Source: an uncultured delta proteobacterium (GTDB lineage: Bacteria; Desulfobacterota; Desulfobacteria; Desulfobacterales; JAFDCJ01). From it: a stretch of 64,000 nucleotides of DNA. The position numbers and the translations under genes were made by a program. Each line of letters begins with the position of its first letter. Positions within the stretch are counted from its first letter, which is position 1. Positions 1 to 11,194 of the stretch are shown piece by piece. Below the pieces are notes generated by a model. That model did not search any database, had not been told where the DNA came from, and was given only the letters and a program-made list of their open reading frames with translations. The DNA is taken from the NCBI GenBank assembly GCA_963769935.1, contig CAVYNY010000011.1:512001-576000 (forward strand), written 5' to 3'.

Positions 1-2
1 GC

Positions 3-365
3 TTTGCCGGGGCGTATGTGACCGAAATCGTGCGGTCGGGCATCCAATCCATCCACCGCGGCCAGACGGAGGCAGCCCGTTCGCTGGGCATGACATACGG
101 CCAATCCATGCGCTATATCATCCTGCCTCAGGCATTGCGCCGGATATTGCCGCCCCTGGCCGGTCAGTTTATCAGTCTGATCAAAGACTCTTCGCTGCTG
201 GGCATCATTGCCATCCGCGAATTGACCAAGGCGGCCCGGGAGGCGGTTTCCGCCAGCTTGCAGCCCTTTGAGGTCTATTTTCTTTTAATGGCCCTGTATC
301 TTGTTTTAACTTTCAGCCTTTCCATGGTTGTCCAGCGCATGGAAAAAAGGATGGCGATCCAGTGA
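3..365 (+). CDS. Polar amino-acid ABC transporter permease (HisM/GlnP family), 5' truncated by window edge
   Basis: [29 protein letters not shown] loop, ILPQA and IKDSSL motifs; overlaps ATPase start. Confidence 0.93.
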   Translation, partial: FAGAYVTEIVRSGIQSIHRGQTEAARSLGMTYGQSMRYIILPQALRRILPPLAGQFISLIKDSSLLGIIAIRELTKAAREAVSASLQPFEVYFLLMALYLVLTFSLSMVVQRMEKRMAIQ

Positions 366-1093
366 TTGATGTTCGCGAGATAAATAAAACCTTTCACGTT
401 CCCCATGACGTTAAAGCCCTGGTAAATGTTTCCACCAAAGTTGAAGCCGGCGAAGTGGTGGTGGTATGCGGACCTTCGGGTTCGGGCAAAAGCACATTTC
501 TGCGCTGCCTCAATCGTTTGGAAAAGGCCGACAACGGACACATCTTTATCGACGGCATCGATGTGCTGGACCCCAAGACCAATATCAATAAGTTGCGGGC
601 CGAGGTGGGCATGGTCTTTCAGTCGTTTAATCTTTTCCCTCATAAGAATGTCATCGAAAACATAACCCTGGCCCAAAAAGTGGTTCGCAAACGCTCCAAA
701 AACGATGCCGCAGAAAAGGCCAACGCGCTCCTGAAGAAAGTCGGCATTCAGGACAAGTCGAACGCCTATCCCGACAATTTGTCCGGCGGTCAGCAACAGC
801 GCGTTGCCATTGCCAGAGCATTGGCCATGGATCCCAAGGTCATGCTGTTCGATGAACCGACTTCGGCGCTGGATCCGGAAATGATCGGCGAAGTGCTGGA
901 TGTTATGAAAACCCTGGCCAAAGAAGGCATGACCATGGTCGTGGTAACCCATGAAATGGGGTTTGCCCGGGAAGTTGCCGATCGGGTCATCTTTATGGAT
1001 GAAGGGGCCGTCGTGGAAGTCGGAACGCCGCAACATTTTTTTACCAACCCTACCCACGAACGCACCAAGCTGTTCTTGAGCCAGATCCTCTAG
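362..1093 (+). CDS. Polar amino-acid ABC transporter ATP-binding protein (GlnQ family)
   Basis: Walker [45 protein letters not shown]. Confidence 0.96.
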   Translation: MIDVREINKTFHVPHDVKALVNVSTKVEAGEVVVVCGPSGSGKSTFLRCLNRLEKADNGHIFIDGIDVLDPKTNINKLRAEVGMVFQSFNLFPHKNVIENITLAQKVVRKRSKNDAAEKANALLKKVGIQDKSNAYPDNLSGGQQQRVAIARALAMDPKVMLFDEPTSALDPEMIGEVLDVMKTLAKEGMTMVVVTHEMGFAREVADRVIFMDEGAVVEVGTPQHFFTNPTHERTKLFLSQIL

Positions 1094-1165
1094 GGACGTG
1101 CCCCAGATGTAATTTATAAGACTCGGATGGATTTAATTATATTTTCTCTGCGGGAATTAAGTCGT

Positions 1166-1380
1166 AAAAATCCCAATTCTCAAATCCCAAATTCCAACCC
1201 TCAAATTCGGAACTCCAGAATTCTATGAATTAATTTGATTCGACCTTCTCCGGCTTTCAAAATTTACTCTGACTTTAGACCAAAAATTACTCCTTGTGGC
1301 CGTCCATAACTCGTTTGGATCATTGGTGCTTTGAATTTTGATATTGTTTGTTATTTGTTTTTTTGGTGCTTGGAATTTTT
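1166..1380. repeat. Intergenic palindromic element with inverted AAATTCC/AAATCCC heptamer arms
   Basis: Left arm aaatcccaattctcaaatcccaaattccaa; right arm tttggtgcttggaattt (1362-1378) is the exact reverse complement of 32798-32814. Confidence 0.75.
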
Positions 1381-1718
1381 ATGCTTAAAGACTATTGTTA
1401 GGTATCATGTTCAAGTTTTATTAATGTATTTCTATGACACAATACTAGCTCAATGCGCCTACCCCACATCTTGTACCCGGACCTCCAAAATTCTACCGCT
1501 TATTGTGTTTTCCGCTTTACAATTAAATTGCGGCCTGTTATTATTCCGTAATTGTATTTTCCAGGGCTGCCTGAAATTTTCGACGCACAAAAAGGGGACG
1601 CCGCGTGCCCGAACACTCATTGGACGGAATGCAAAATTTAAAGCCGAGACGCTTTTCAATGATTAGTTGGATCCGCATCGTTTCGACCTTATGTTCAAGG
1701 TCAGGAGAGTATTCATAG

Positions 1719-4700
1719 ATGAAGCTGAAAAAACTGGAAATAACCGGTTTTAAATCATTTTACGAAAAATCCACCATAGAATTTCCGCCGGGTATCTCGG
1801 CTGTAGTCGGTCCGAACGGCTGCGGTAAAAGCAATGTGCTGGATGCCATCCGCTGGGTAATGGGCGAACAGAGCCTCAAACAGCTGCGCGGCAAATCAAA
1901 AGAAGATATTATTTTTTCAGGCACCAACGGCAAGCCGCCGCTGAACATGGCTGAAGTTTCGTTAACGTTGGCCAATGACAACGGCAATGCCCCGGAAGAG
2001 CTGAGAGACTTCACCGAAATTAATTTGACCCGCCGCCTGTACAGATCCGGTGAAACATCCTATTACTTGAACCGGCAGCCCTGCCGGTTGAAAGACATTC
2101 ATAATGTATTTTTAGGCAGCGGACTGGGCTCCAAATCCTTTGCCGTCATTCAGCAGGGAAACATCGGCGCCATCACGGAAGCCACCCCGGAAGAGCGCCG
2201 TTATTTTGTTGAAGAGGCGGCCGGCACCACCCGCTATAAAAATCGCAAACTCGAAGCCCTGCGCAAGGTTGAGCTTACCAACCAGAATTTATTGAGAGTC
2301 AATGATATCCTGGCCGAAATTAACCGCCAGATGGCCAGCCTCAAACGCCAGGCCAGAAAAGCTGAAATATATAACAGCTACCAGATGCGCATTCGAAGAC
2401 TGGATGTTCAGCTGGGTATTCACTATTATGATGATTTCACCCGCCAGATTGATAAAACCGACACGTTATTAAAAGAATTAAAAGATGCCGATATCGGACA
2501 CACCTCTGAATTAAAAAAACTGGATGCCGCCGTAGAAGAAATCAAACTCAGGCGCTGGCAGAAAAGCCAGGAAATCGCCGAACAGAAATCTCAAAAATTT
2601 GACACGCAGCGCGACATTGATCGGGCGGAAAATGATCTGGCGCACATGCGCACTGAGATTGAAAGGCTGAACCGGGAAGCCGCGGAACTGGAGGATGCCC
2701 GCCAGGAACTTGTCCATAAAAATGAAGCCATGCTGTCTGAAATCAGCCAGGTCGAGCTGGAAACCGAACGGTTGAATTCGGAAATAGACACGGTCAGACA
2801 AACCCTTGCCCAGCAGCGCCGGAGCAATGAACAGATCAGCGAAAAATTTGCAGGGCTCAATCGGGAGCTCGAATCCGCCAAGGCCCACTTGTTGGATCTG
2901 ACAACCCGTGAGGCCCAATACAAAAATATTTATCAAAACGCAGCCAGCAACAGGGAAAGCCTTCAGAGACGCCTTAAACGGGCAGATGAGGAGGAAGTTC
3001 TGGCGCAAAAGCAGATTGCAGAAACGCAGCAAAGGGAAAACCGGGTCCGTGACCGGTTCGATACGATAAAACGGCAGATCGCAAAACTGAGCGAAGAGAT
3101 CGATATCACGCGCAAGCGCCTTGATGAGAAGGCCGCCGCCCTGGCCCAACAGGTCAAAGCAGCTCAAACGCTGGAGCTTGAGCGCAATACGGCCAAATCC
3201 CAGTACAGCGCTTTAAAAAAAATGGAAGACAACTTCGAGTGGTATCGCGACGGCGTCAAAGCCATCATGAAAGCCCGCAGTTCCAATGTCGATGATAAAA
3301 GCTCAGCGCTGCCGCCTTTCAACCGGGAAACAGCCGCCAATGTCCTGGAACTTATGGCGGATATTATCGAAGCGGATCCGGCCTATGAAACAGCTATCGA
3401 GGCGGTCCTGGGGGAATCACTGCAGTACATAGTGGTCAAAGATCAGCAAACGGGGCGCCAAGCCATAGACTATTTGCAGTTGCACAGCGCCGGGCGCAGC
3501 GGTTTTATACCGATGTCAGCATTAAAACCGATCTCCGGCGACGGCAACGGGACACCGGATTTTTCCCGCCTGCTCTTAAATCATATCACCGTTAAAGCCG
3601 GCTTTGAAAGTGTCGCCCGGGTACTTTTAGGTGATGTCGTCTTAACCGAGTCTCTGCCGGAAGCGCTGGAACTTTTTAACCGCAACGGCAAATTCCAACG
3701 AATCGTCACAAAAAATGGGGACGTGATCTCTCATCAGGGCATTCTGGTCGGCGGCAGCAAGGATAAATTAAGCGGTATTCTGGCTAAAAAGCATGAGATT
3801 AAAGAGTTAAAACGCCGGGAAGCTGAATTAACCCGGCAAGCGGAAAACGCGCGTCTCATCCAACATGAACTGGAATCCGAGGTTCAAAAACTTGAGAGTG
3901 CGCTGCAAAAACAGATCGAACAGAAAAACCGGTTGACCGAAGATAAAACCGAGGCTGAAAAAGAACTCTACAAGGTTGGTGAGGATCTCAAAAACGGCCG
4001 GCGCCATCTGGAAATTGTTCAACTGGAACAGGAACAGCTTTTAGGAGAAGCAAGTGACATTGACGATGAGATGACCAAGTACAACACGGCCCTGGCAAAG
4101 ATATCCGATGAAATCAATTCAGCCCAGGGCACGGTTGCCGGCTTGTCACAGGAGATCAGCAATGTCTCCGAGGAGATGGAAAAATTCAATCAAACGGTCA
4201 TGGACCTTAAGTTAAACCTGACGGCCCTGAATGCCAAACTGGAAAACAGCAACAACAGCTTAAAACGACTCAAAGAATTCCATGAAGACGGTCTGAACCG
4301 GCTCGAACAGCTGTCGCGGGAAATTAATCAGAAAAGGCAAAAAGAGGAAGCCGCCAAACTCAAAAGTTCCGGCAGCGCAGAAAATCTTTCCCGAATGTAC
4401 GACACCATAAAAGGCATCGAGGAAGGCATCGAGCGCAATGAGGCCGATTACCAGGAGATCGACAACCGGCTTCAGGACAGCGACAGCAAGATAACCGACA
4501 TCAGAAGCAAACGCGAAAAAACACTGGAGAAATTTCGCATGCTGGAATTGGAGCTGTCCCAGCTCCAGCTCAAACGTGACAATGCTGCCAATCGGCTGGA
4601 AGAGCGGTATCAAACCTCATTTGCAGTATTGCAATCAGATTTGCAGCAGGACGAAGACGCCCGCAAATTCATCGCCGGCATGTCCGTCGCCGAGATGGAA

Positions 4701-5354
4701 GCCGATTTGTCGCGCAGCAAAGAAAAAATTTCAAAAATCATCGATGTCAACCTCGGCGCTATCAAAGAGTTTGAACAACTCAAGGATCGCTACGAGTTTC
4801 TTGAAACGCAGCGCAATGACCTGCTCAAGGCGATAGAAGACCTGCATAAAGTAATCAAAAAGATAAACCGGATAACCCAGGAAAAGTTTATTGAGACGTT
4901 CAACGCCGTCAATGAGAAGTTGGCGGAAGTATTTCCCCGCCTTTTTGAAGGTGGTGAGGCCAGGCTCGTTCTAATAGAGCCGGATAAACCCTTGGAGTCC
5001 GGCGTAGAGCTGATGATTCATCCCCCGGGGAAAAAGCTGACGCGCTTGAGCCTGCTGTCCGGCGGTGAGAAAGCGCTGTCGGCCATCGCTTTTATTTTCT
5101 CCATTTTTCTGATTAAGCCGGCTTCCTTCTGCCTGCTGGATGAAATCGATGCCCCGCTGGATGAATCCAACGTCTTCCGTTTCAATGATCTGCTGCAGAT
5201 CATCGGAGAAAATTCACAGATTATTGTCATCACCCACAATAAACGGACAATGGAGTTTGCCGATACCCTGTTCGGCATTACCATGGAACATAAGGGAATT
5301 TCAAAAGTTGTTTCCGTGAACCTGGCACGGACGGAAATGCGAAAAGCAAGCTGA
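1719..5354 (+). CDS. smc: Chromosome segregation protein SMC
   Basis: 1211 aa; GFKSF, GPNGCGKSN, coiled coils with hinge, LSGGEK, LLDEIDAPLD. Confidence 0.98.
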   Translation: MKLKKLEITGFKSFYEKSTIEFPPGISAVVGPNGCGKSNVLDAIRWVMGEQSLKQLRGKSKEDIIFSGTNGKPPLNMAEVSLTLANDNGNAPEELRDFTEINLTRRLYRSGETSYYLNRQPCRLKDIHNVFLGSGLGSKSFAVIQQGNIGAITEATPEERRYFVEEAAGTTRYKNRKLEALRKVELTNQNLLRVNDILAEINRQMASLKRQARKAEIYNSYQMRIRRLDVQLGIHYYDDFTRQIDKTDTLLKELKDADIGHTSELKKLDAAVEEIKLRRWQKSQEIAEQKSQKFDTQRDIDRAENDLAHMRTEIERLNREAAELEDARQELVHKNEAMLSEISQVELETERLNSEIDTVRQTLAQQRRSNEQISEKFAGLNRELESAKAHLLDLTTREAQYKNIYQNAASNRESLQRRLKRADEEEVLAQKQIAETQQRENRVRDRFDTIKRQIAKLSEEIDITRKRLDEKAAALAQQVKAAQTLELERNTAKSQYSALKKMEDNFEWYRDGVKAIMKARSSNVDDKSSALPPFNRETAANVLELMADIIEADPAYETAIEAVLGESLQYIVVKDQQTGRQAIDYLQLHSAGRSGFIPMSALKPISGDGNGTPDFSRLLLNHITVKAGFESVARVLLGDVVLTESLPEALELFNRNGKFQRIVTKNGDVISHQGILVGGSKDKLSGILAKKHEIKELKRREAELTRQAENARLIQHELESEVQKLESALQKQIEQKNRLTEDKTEAEKELYKVGEDLKNGRRHLEIVQLEQEQLLGEASDIDDEMTKYNTALAKISDEINSAQGTVAGLSQEISNVSEEMEKFNQTVMDLKLNLTALNAKLENSNNSLKRLKEFHEDGLNRLEQLSREINQKRQKEEAAKLKSSGSAENLSRMYDTIKGIEEGIERNEADYQEIDNRLQDSDSKITDIRSKREKTLEKFRMLELELSQLQLKRDNAANRLEERYQTSFAVLQSDLQQDEDARKFIAGMSVAEMEADLSRSKEKISKIIDVNLGAIKEFEQLKDRYEFLETQRNDLLKAIEDLHKVIKKINRITQEKFIETFNAVNEKLAEVFPRLFEGGEARLVLIEPDKPLESGVELMIHPPGKKLTRLSLLSGGEKALSAIAFIFSIFLIKPASFCLLDEIDAPLDESNVFRFNDLLQIIGENSQIIVITHNKRTMEFADTLFGITMEHKGISKVVSVNLARTEMRKAS

Positions 5355-5359
5355 CGTTT

Positions 5360-5478
5360 GGAATGACGATTGACGAATGTCGAATGACGAACTTTTGGAA
5401 TGATGAACGACGAACGAATATAAATGACGGAGCGAAACGACTTCCTCAATTCGACCTTCTTCATTCGACCGTCGAAAT
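5360..5478. repeat. Intergenic element with inverted (GA/GT)CGAAT heptamer arms
   Basis: gacgaatgtcgaatgacgaa ... gagcgaaacgacttcc core ... attcgacc/cattcgacc; core related to 15751-15766. Confidence 0.65.
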
Positions 5479-5495
5479 GTCTAGAGGCCGGCACC

Positions 5496-6623
5496 ATGGC
5501 GTTTAACTGGTTTAAGAAAAATAAGACGAAACTGACTGAGGGGAATCCGGCGACAGAAGTTGAACCGCCGCAGTCCGCACCGCCGGACGACATGCCGCCA
5601 CCTGAATCGGAAGATCATGAACTAAAGAACGCGTCCGATGCCTTCGAAAATTTAAGCGCCGCTCGCATGCAAGCTCCTGCCGAAGACAAGCCACCCCCCG
5701 AGCCTCCGGGCCAGGAGGCAACCGGATATTTTAAACGCTTAAAAAGCCGCCTTTCCAAAACGCGCAAATCCCTGACCGGCGGCTTTGAGAGAATCTTCAG
5801 CGGCAAGCAAAAAATCGATGATGAGGTTCTAGAGGAATTGGAGGAGCTGCTGATAACATCGGACATCGGGGTGCCGACAGCCATGGCGCTCATCGAGCGC
5901 ATTACAAAAGCCAAGCTTTCCGACATCAGTCAGTTGAAGACGGCGCTCAAAAAGGAAATTCTCTCAATTCTTGATTCCCGGCCCGATGCACCGGTCCCGC
6001 AAATAAATGCCGGCACCCCCCATGTGGTGCTGGTAGTGGGGGTCAACGGTGTCGGTAAAACCACAACCATCGGCAAACTGGCAGCGGCGGCCGGTGCTTC
6101 CGGAAAGAAAGTCTTGATCGCCGCCGCCGACACCTTCCGCGCTGCGGCCGTCGAACAGCTGGGCATCTGGGCGGACAGGGCCAAGGCGGAATTCGTCAAA
6201 CATAAAGAAAATGCAGATCCCGCGGCCGTAGCATTCGATGCGGTAGCGGCAGCCTCGGCCCGCGGCTGCGATCTGGTATTGATTGACACCGCAGGCCGCC
6301 TCCATACCAAAGTTAATTTGATGGAGGAGCTTAAAAAAATCAAGCGCACAGTGGCCAAGCAGATTGACGGAGCACCGCATGAGATATTGCTGGTTCTGGA
6401 TGCCACCACCGGTCAAAACGCCCTGTCCCAGGCGAAATTGTTCAATGATGCGCTGGATCTTACCGGCTTGGCGCTGACCAAGCTGGATGGAACCGCCAAA
6501 GGCGGGATTGTCATCGGCATATGCAGCGCCCTGAATATTCCTTTGCAGTATATCGGCATCGGCGAGCAAATTGAGGACCTCAGGCCTTTCGATGCTGAGC
6601 AATTCATTGACGCGCTGTTTTGA
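5496..6623 (+). CDS. ftsY: SRP receptor FtsY
   Basis: GVNGVGKTTTIGKLA, DTFRAAA, DTAGR, TKLDGTAKGG; acidic Pro-rich N-terminus; start placed at ATG 5496. Confidence 0.97.
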   Translation: MAFNWFKKNKTKLTEGNPATEVEPPQSAPPDDMPPPESEDHELKNASDAFENLSAARMQAPAEDKPPPEPPGQEATGYFKRLKSRLSKTRKSLTGGFERIFSGKQKIDDEVLEELEELLITSDIGVPTAMALIERITKAKLSDISQLKTALKKEILSILDSRPDAPVPQINAGTPHVVLVVGVNGVGKTTTIGKLAAAAGASGKKVLIAAADTFRAAAVEQLGIWADRAKAEFVKHKENADPAAVAFDAVAAASARGCDLVLIDTAGRLHTKVNLMEELKKIKRTVAKQIDGAPHEILLVLDATTGQNALSQAKLFNDALDLTGLALTKLDGTAKGGIVIGICSALNIPLQYIGIGEQIEDLRPFDAEQFIDALF

Positions 6624-6837
6624 CCTGGCCGGCGACGCCGAGCGGGCATACATTTGTGGCAGAGACATCCTGTAAACGTCAGTTGCCTGCGGCTTGGCGG
6701 CAAATATCTTAAAAAAAGCACTGAATCATGCAATTTCTGTTGACATGGAATTTAACTTCCTATATGGACACAGGAAAATAGGCGATCGAGCCTTAGGCGG
6801 GAAGAAATAATCACTAACACGAAGGGGGAACAGCACT

Positions 6838-7110
6838 ATGACCAAAGCAGAACTTGTAGAACAGGCGGCAAAGGATGCCATGATCTCAAAAGTGGCGGCG
6901 GCGGCGGCGCTAAATTCCTTTATGGACAGTGTCACCAAAGCGCTGAAGAAAAAGGACGGCAAGGTCACCCTCGTGGGTTTCGGCACGTTCTCAAAAGCGC
7001 GACGCAAGGCACGCAAGGGCCGCAATCCGCAGACCGGTGCGCCCATCAAAATCAAGGCCTCCAACGTCGTCAAATTCAAAGCCGGCAAAAAACTCAAAGA
7101 TGCCGTCTAA
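6838..7110 (+). CDS. hup: DNA-binding protein HU
   Basis: MTKAELV...GFGTF...RKGRNPQTG...FKAGKKLKDAV. Confidence 0.96.
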   Translation: MTKAELVEQAAKDAMISKVAAAAALNSFMDSVTKALKKKDGKVTLVGFGTFSKARRKARKGRNPQTGAPIKIKASNVVKFKAGKKLKDAV

Positions 7111-7123
7111 GCAAAAAACCTTG

Positions 7124-7153
7124 AGGCGGCTTGTCGATACCGATAAGCCGCCT
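7124..7153. terminator. Probable bidirectional terminator hairpin between convergent hup and acylphosphatase
   Basis: aggcggcttgtcg-atac-cgataagccgcct stem-loop. Confidence 0.7.
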
Positions 7154-7178
7154 GCCCTAAAAACTTTTCACCGTCGCT

Positions 7179-7472
7179 TCAGAAATCACGCAGGTAGGCG
7201 ATCCTAAATCCGTCAAACTCCCCCGTGTAGGCCTGCAAGGTTACGTTCACATCAGCGACCGCAGCATGCGGCGGTCCTTGCCGGCACCAGTCTAAAGCAG
7301 CCTCCACCCGGTCCTGATTCCCTTCGAACACAACTTCTACGGTACCGTCTTTAAGATTTCGCACCCAGCCGCCTACCCCGAATCGATCCGCAGCGCGTTT
7401 AGTCTCGATTCTGAAAGCCACACCCTGCACACGCCCGCGGACAATGGCATGGGCTCTGACTTTGTTTTCCAT
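7179..7472 (-). CDS. Acylphosphatase
   Basis: GRVQGVAFR and GWVRNLKDGTVE signatures, GPPHA. Confidence 0.93.
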   Translation of the reverse strand: MENKVRAHAIVRGRVQGVAFRIETKRAADRFGVGGWVRNLKDGTVEVVFEGNQDRVEAALDWCRQGPPHAAVADVNVTLQAYTGEFDGFRIAYLRDF

Positions 7473-7560
7473 GACTACCCCCACAATTTAAGCTGTTGCG
7501 TTAATGAGCGGTTAAGCTTTTGAGCTGTTGACCTGTTGAGCCTACCAGCTTAAGAGCTTA

Positions 7561-9591
<2,031 letters not shown>

Positions 9592-9643
9592 CTATGCAGC
9601 TATAATTAGGAAAGCGTGTTTTCAGATGCTAAGATAGGCTATA

Positions 9644-9893
9644 GGTGTCAGGTGTCAGGTTTGAGCGGAGCCGACCGCAGAGCGACCAATCTGATCAAAA
9701 AGGGAACCATGGGTCGCGCGTTAACGCAGGGTCGGCCTCCGCGCCGACCGATTCCGGCGGGCACGGAAGCCCGCCCTGCGTCAACAATCGCAATAAATGA
9801 AGTTTTATAAAATTTCGTCTTAGATCGAACTGGCCCGCCTAACCTATAAACTTCGGCAACCGGCGGCTCCGCTGAAACCTGACACCTGACACC
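9644..9893. repeat. Nested element: GGTGTCA heptamer inverted ends enclosing a REP-like doublet (9725-9780)
   Basis: ggtgtcaggtgtcaggttt ... aaacctgacacctgacacc; inner cgcagggtcggcctccgcgccgacc / ggcgggcacggaagcccgccctgcg. Confidence 0.8.
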
Positions 9894-9903
9894 CAAACTT
9901 AAC

Positions 9904-10668
9904 TTACTGCTCCATTTCCGTCAGAACTTCAAAAATCAATTCTCTAATCACCCGGCAAGCAGTTTCCCGGCCCTTCATAAATTTTTTATGCTTGAAGCCG
10001 GGTAGCCAGGTCAAAGAAGACAGTTCATCTGAGACCACCAGAATGCCGCCAAGATCCACCCCACGGAATTTTGCGACCGAGCAAAGGGCCGAAGTTTCCA
10101 TGTCCACGGCCAGAATGCCCCTTTGCTGATGGGCTGCGACCTGCCGGCGGGTCTCACGAAAAACGGCATCTGTAGACCAGACCGCTCCCGAGTGAAAGTC
10201 GATATTATTATTTTTCAAGGCCCGGCTGATCCTGGACACCAAGGAAAAGGACGCCGCTAAAGGGCCACTGTCATCCGCGCCGTAGTGCCTGGAAGTTCCT
10301 TCATCAATCACAACAGATGTCGGCAGGATGATATCGCCTATTTTTACCCGGTCTGAAACTGCGCCGCACCAGCCCAGAAAAATGATCCGGCGGGCGCCCC
10401 GCGCAATCAGGGTTTCCAGCAGCATAGCGGCATAGGGGGCACCGACAAACGGGCCGATGACTGAAAAATCGGCCGGCCCGAGCCGGTTAAAATACATGCG
10501 GCTGATGAAAAGGCGCTGGAATTCAGTTTTATTGAATGGCAATAAATCGCCAAGCAGAAAAAGATCCGCCCGGGTTGCAGCCATCACAGCAACGGTTCCG
10601 ATATCCGGTGAATTCTTAGGCTTTTGCGGATTTACGACGGCGTCCCAATTTTCGGCGGAAAGCGGCAT
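9904..10668 (-). CDS. Nucleoside phosphorylase family protein (PNP_UDP_1)
   Basis: GAPYAAMLLETL, GWCGA, VWSTDAVFRET, AVDMETSA, VVSD motifs. Confidence 0.85.
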   Translation of the reverse strand: MPLSAENWDAVVNPQKPKNSPDIGTVAVMAATRADLFLLGDLLPFNKTEFQRLFISRMYFNRLGPADFSVIGPFVGAPYAAMLLETLIARGARRIIFLGWCGAVSDRVKIGDIILPTSVVIDEGTSRHYGADDSGPLAASFSLVSRISRALKNNNIDFHSGAVWSTDAVFRETRRQVAAHQQRGILAVDMETSALCSVAKFRGVDLGGILVVSDELSSLTWLPGFKHKKFMKGRETACRVIRELIFEVLTEMEQ

Positions 10669-10678
10669 CTGTGGCGGC

Positions 10679-10933
10679 TCATACGGGCTTTGTCAGTTTC
10701 GTCATCTCATCTTTGAGCTCATCAATAATGTCATAGAGCCACATCAGGTCCTCGATAGTCAAGCGGCCGGCTTTCGCCGGCGCCCGCTCGGAGCCGTCTT
10801 GTTTCAACAGGATGCGGGGACCGATTTGCACTTTGGGTTCACCGTTGCCGTATTGGTTGATTGAAACAATCAGACCGGTTTCCTGACATTGCCACTTTTT
10901 GAGCATCTTGTCCATTTCAGGATCGTAAGGCAT
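10679..10933 (-). CDS. Small hypothetical protein (84 aa), possibly PC4/YdbC-like
   Basis: Strong GGAGGAG RBS before ATG 10933; operonic with downstream phosphorylase. Confidence 0.7.
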   Translation of the reverse strand: MPYDPEMDKMLKKWQCQETGLIVSINQYGNGEPKVQIGPRILLKQDGSERAPAKAGRLTIEDLMWLYDIIDELKDEMTKLTKPV

Positions 10934-10981
10934 AATCTCCTCCAGTTCAGCTTTATTCCAAAACATCATGGTCGGTCATTG

Positions 10982-11139
10982 AGGGTTTATAAAAAAATTA
11001 ATTCACAATTTTAGGCGTTGAGGCGCCCGACTGGCAAGGCGCGAAAACGCAGGAATATCTGGATATTCCGAGCTTTCGCAACGCCGCCGGGCGGGATGCA
11101 TCGGCATATAAAATGTGAAGTTATTTTTGAGTGAGCCCT
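10982..11139. mobile_element. ~158-bp imperfect palindrome (MITE-like)
   Basis: agggtttataaaaaaattaattcacaatttta ... taaaatgtgaagttatttttgagtgagccct, with central ggaatatc-tg-gatattcc. Confidence 0.6.
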
Positions 11140-11194
11140 AAGCTGCCATAATTCTCAATTCTGCCTACAAAGTCATTAGCTGCGCCAAAATCCA

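Noticed and set aside
275..1057. Long antisense ORFs (e.g. 275-1057, 5964-6668, 11582-12469, 28708-29391)
   Set aside because: Shadows of well-supported genes on the opposite strand.
1331..1666. 111-aa ORF upstream of smc, and similar spacer ORFs (9648-9896, 25634-26115, 53500-53706, 58781-59002, 60307-60567)
   Set aside because: They read through repeat arms (YSIF/MEYWN/RCQVS-type translations), with no clear RBS or recognisable domain.
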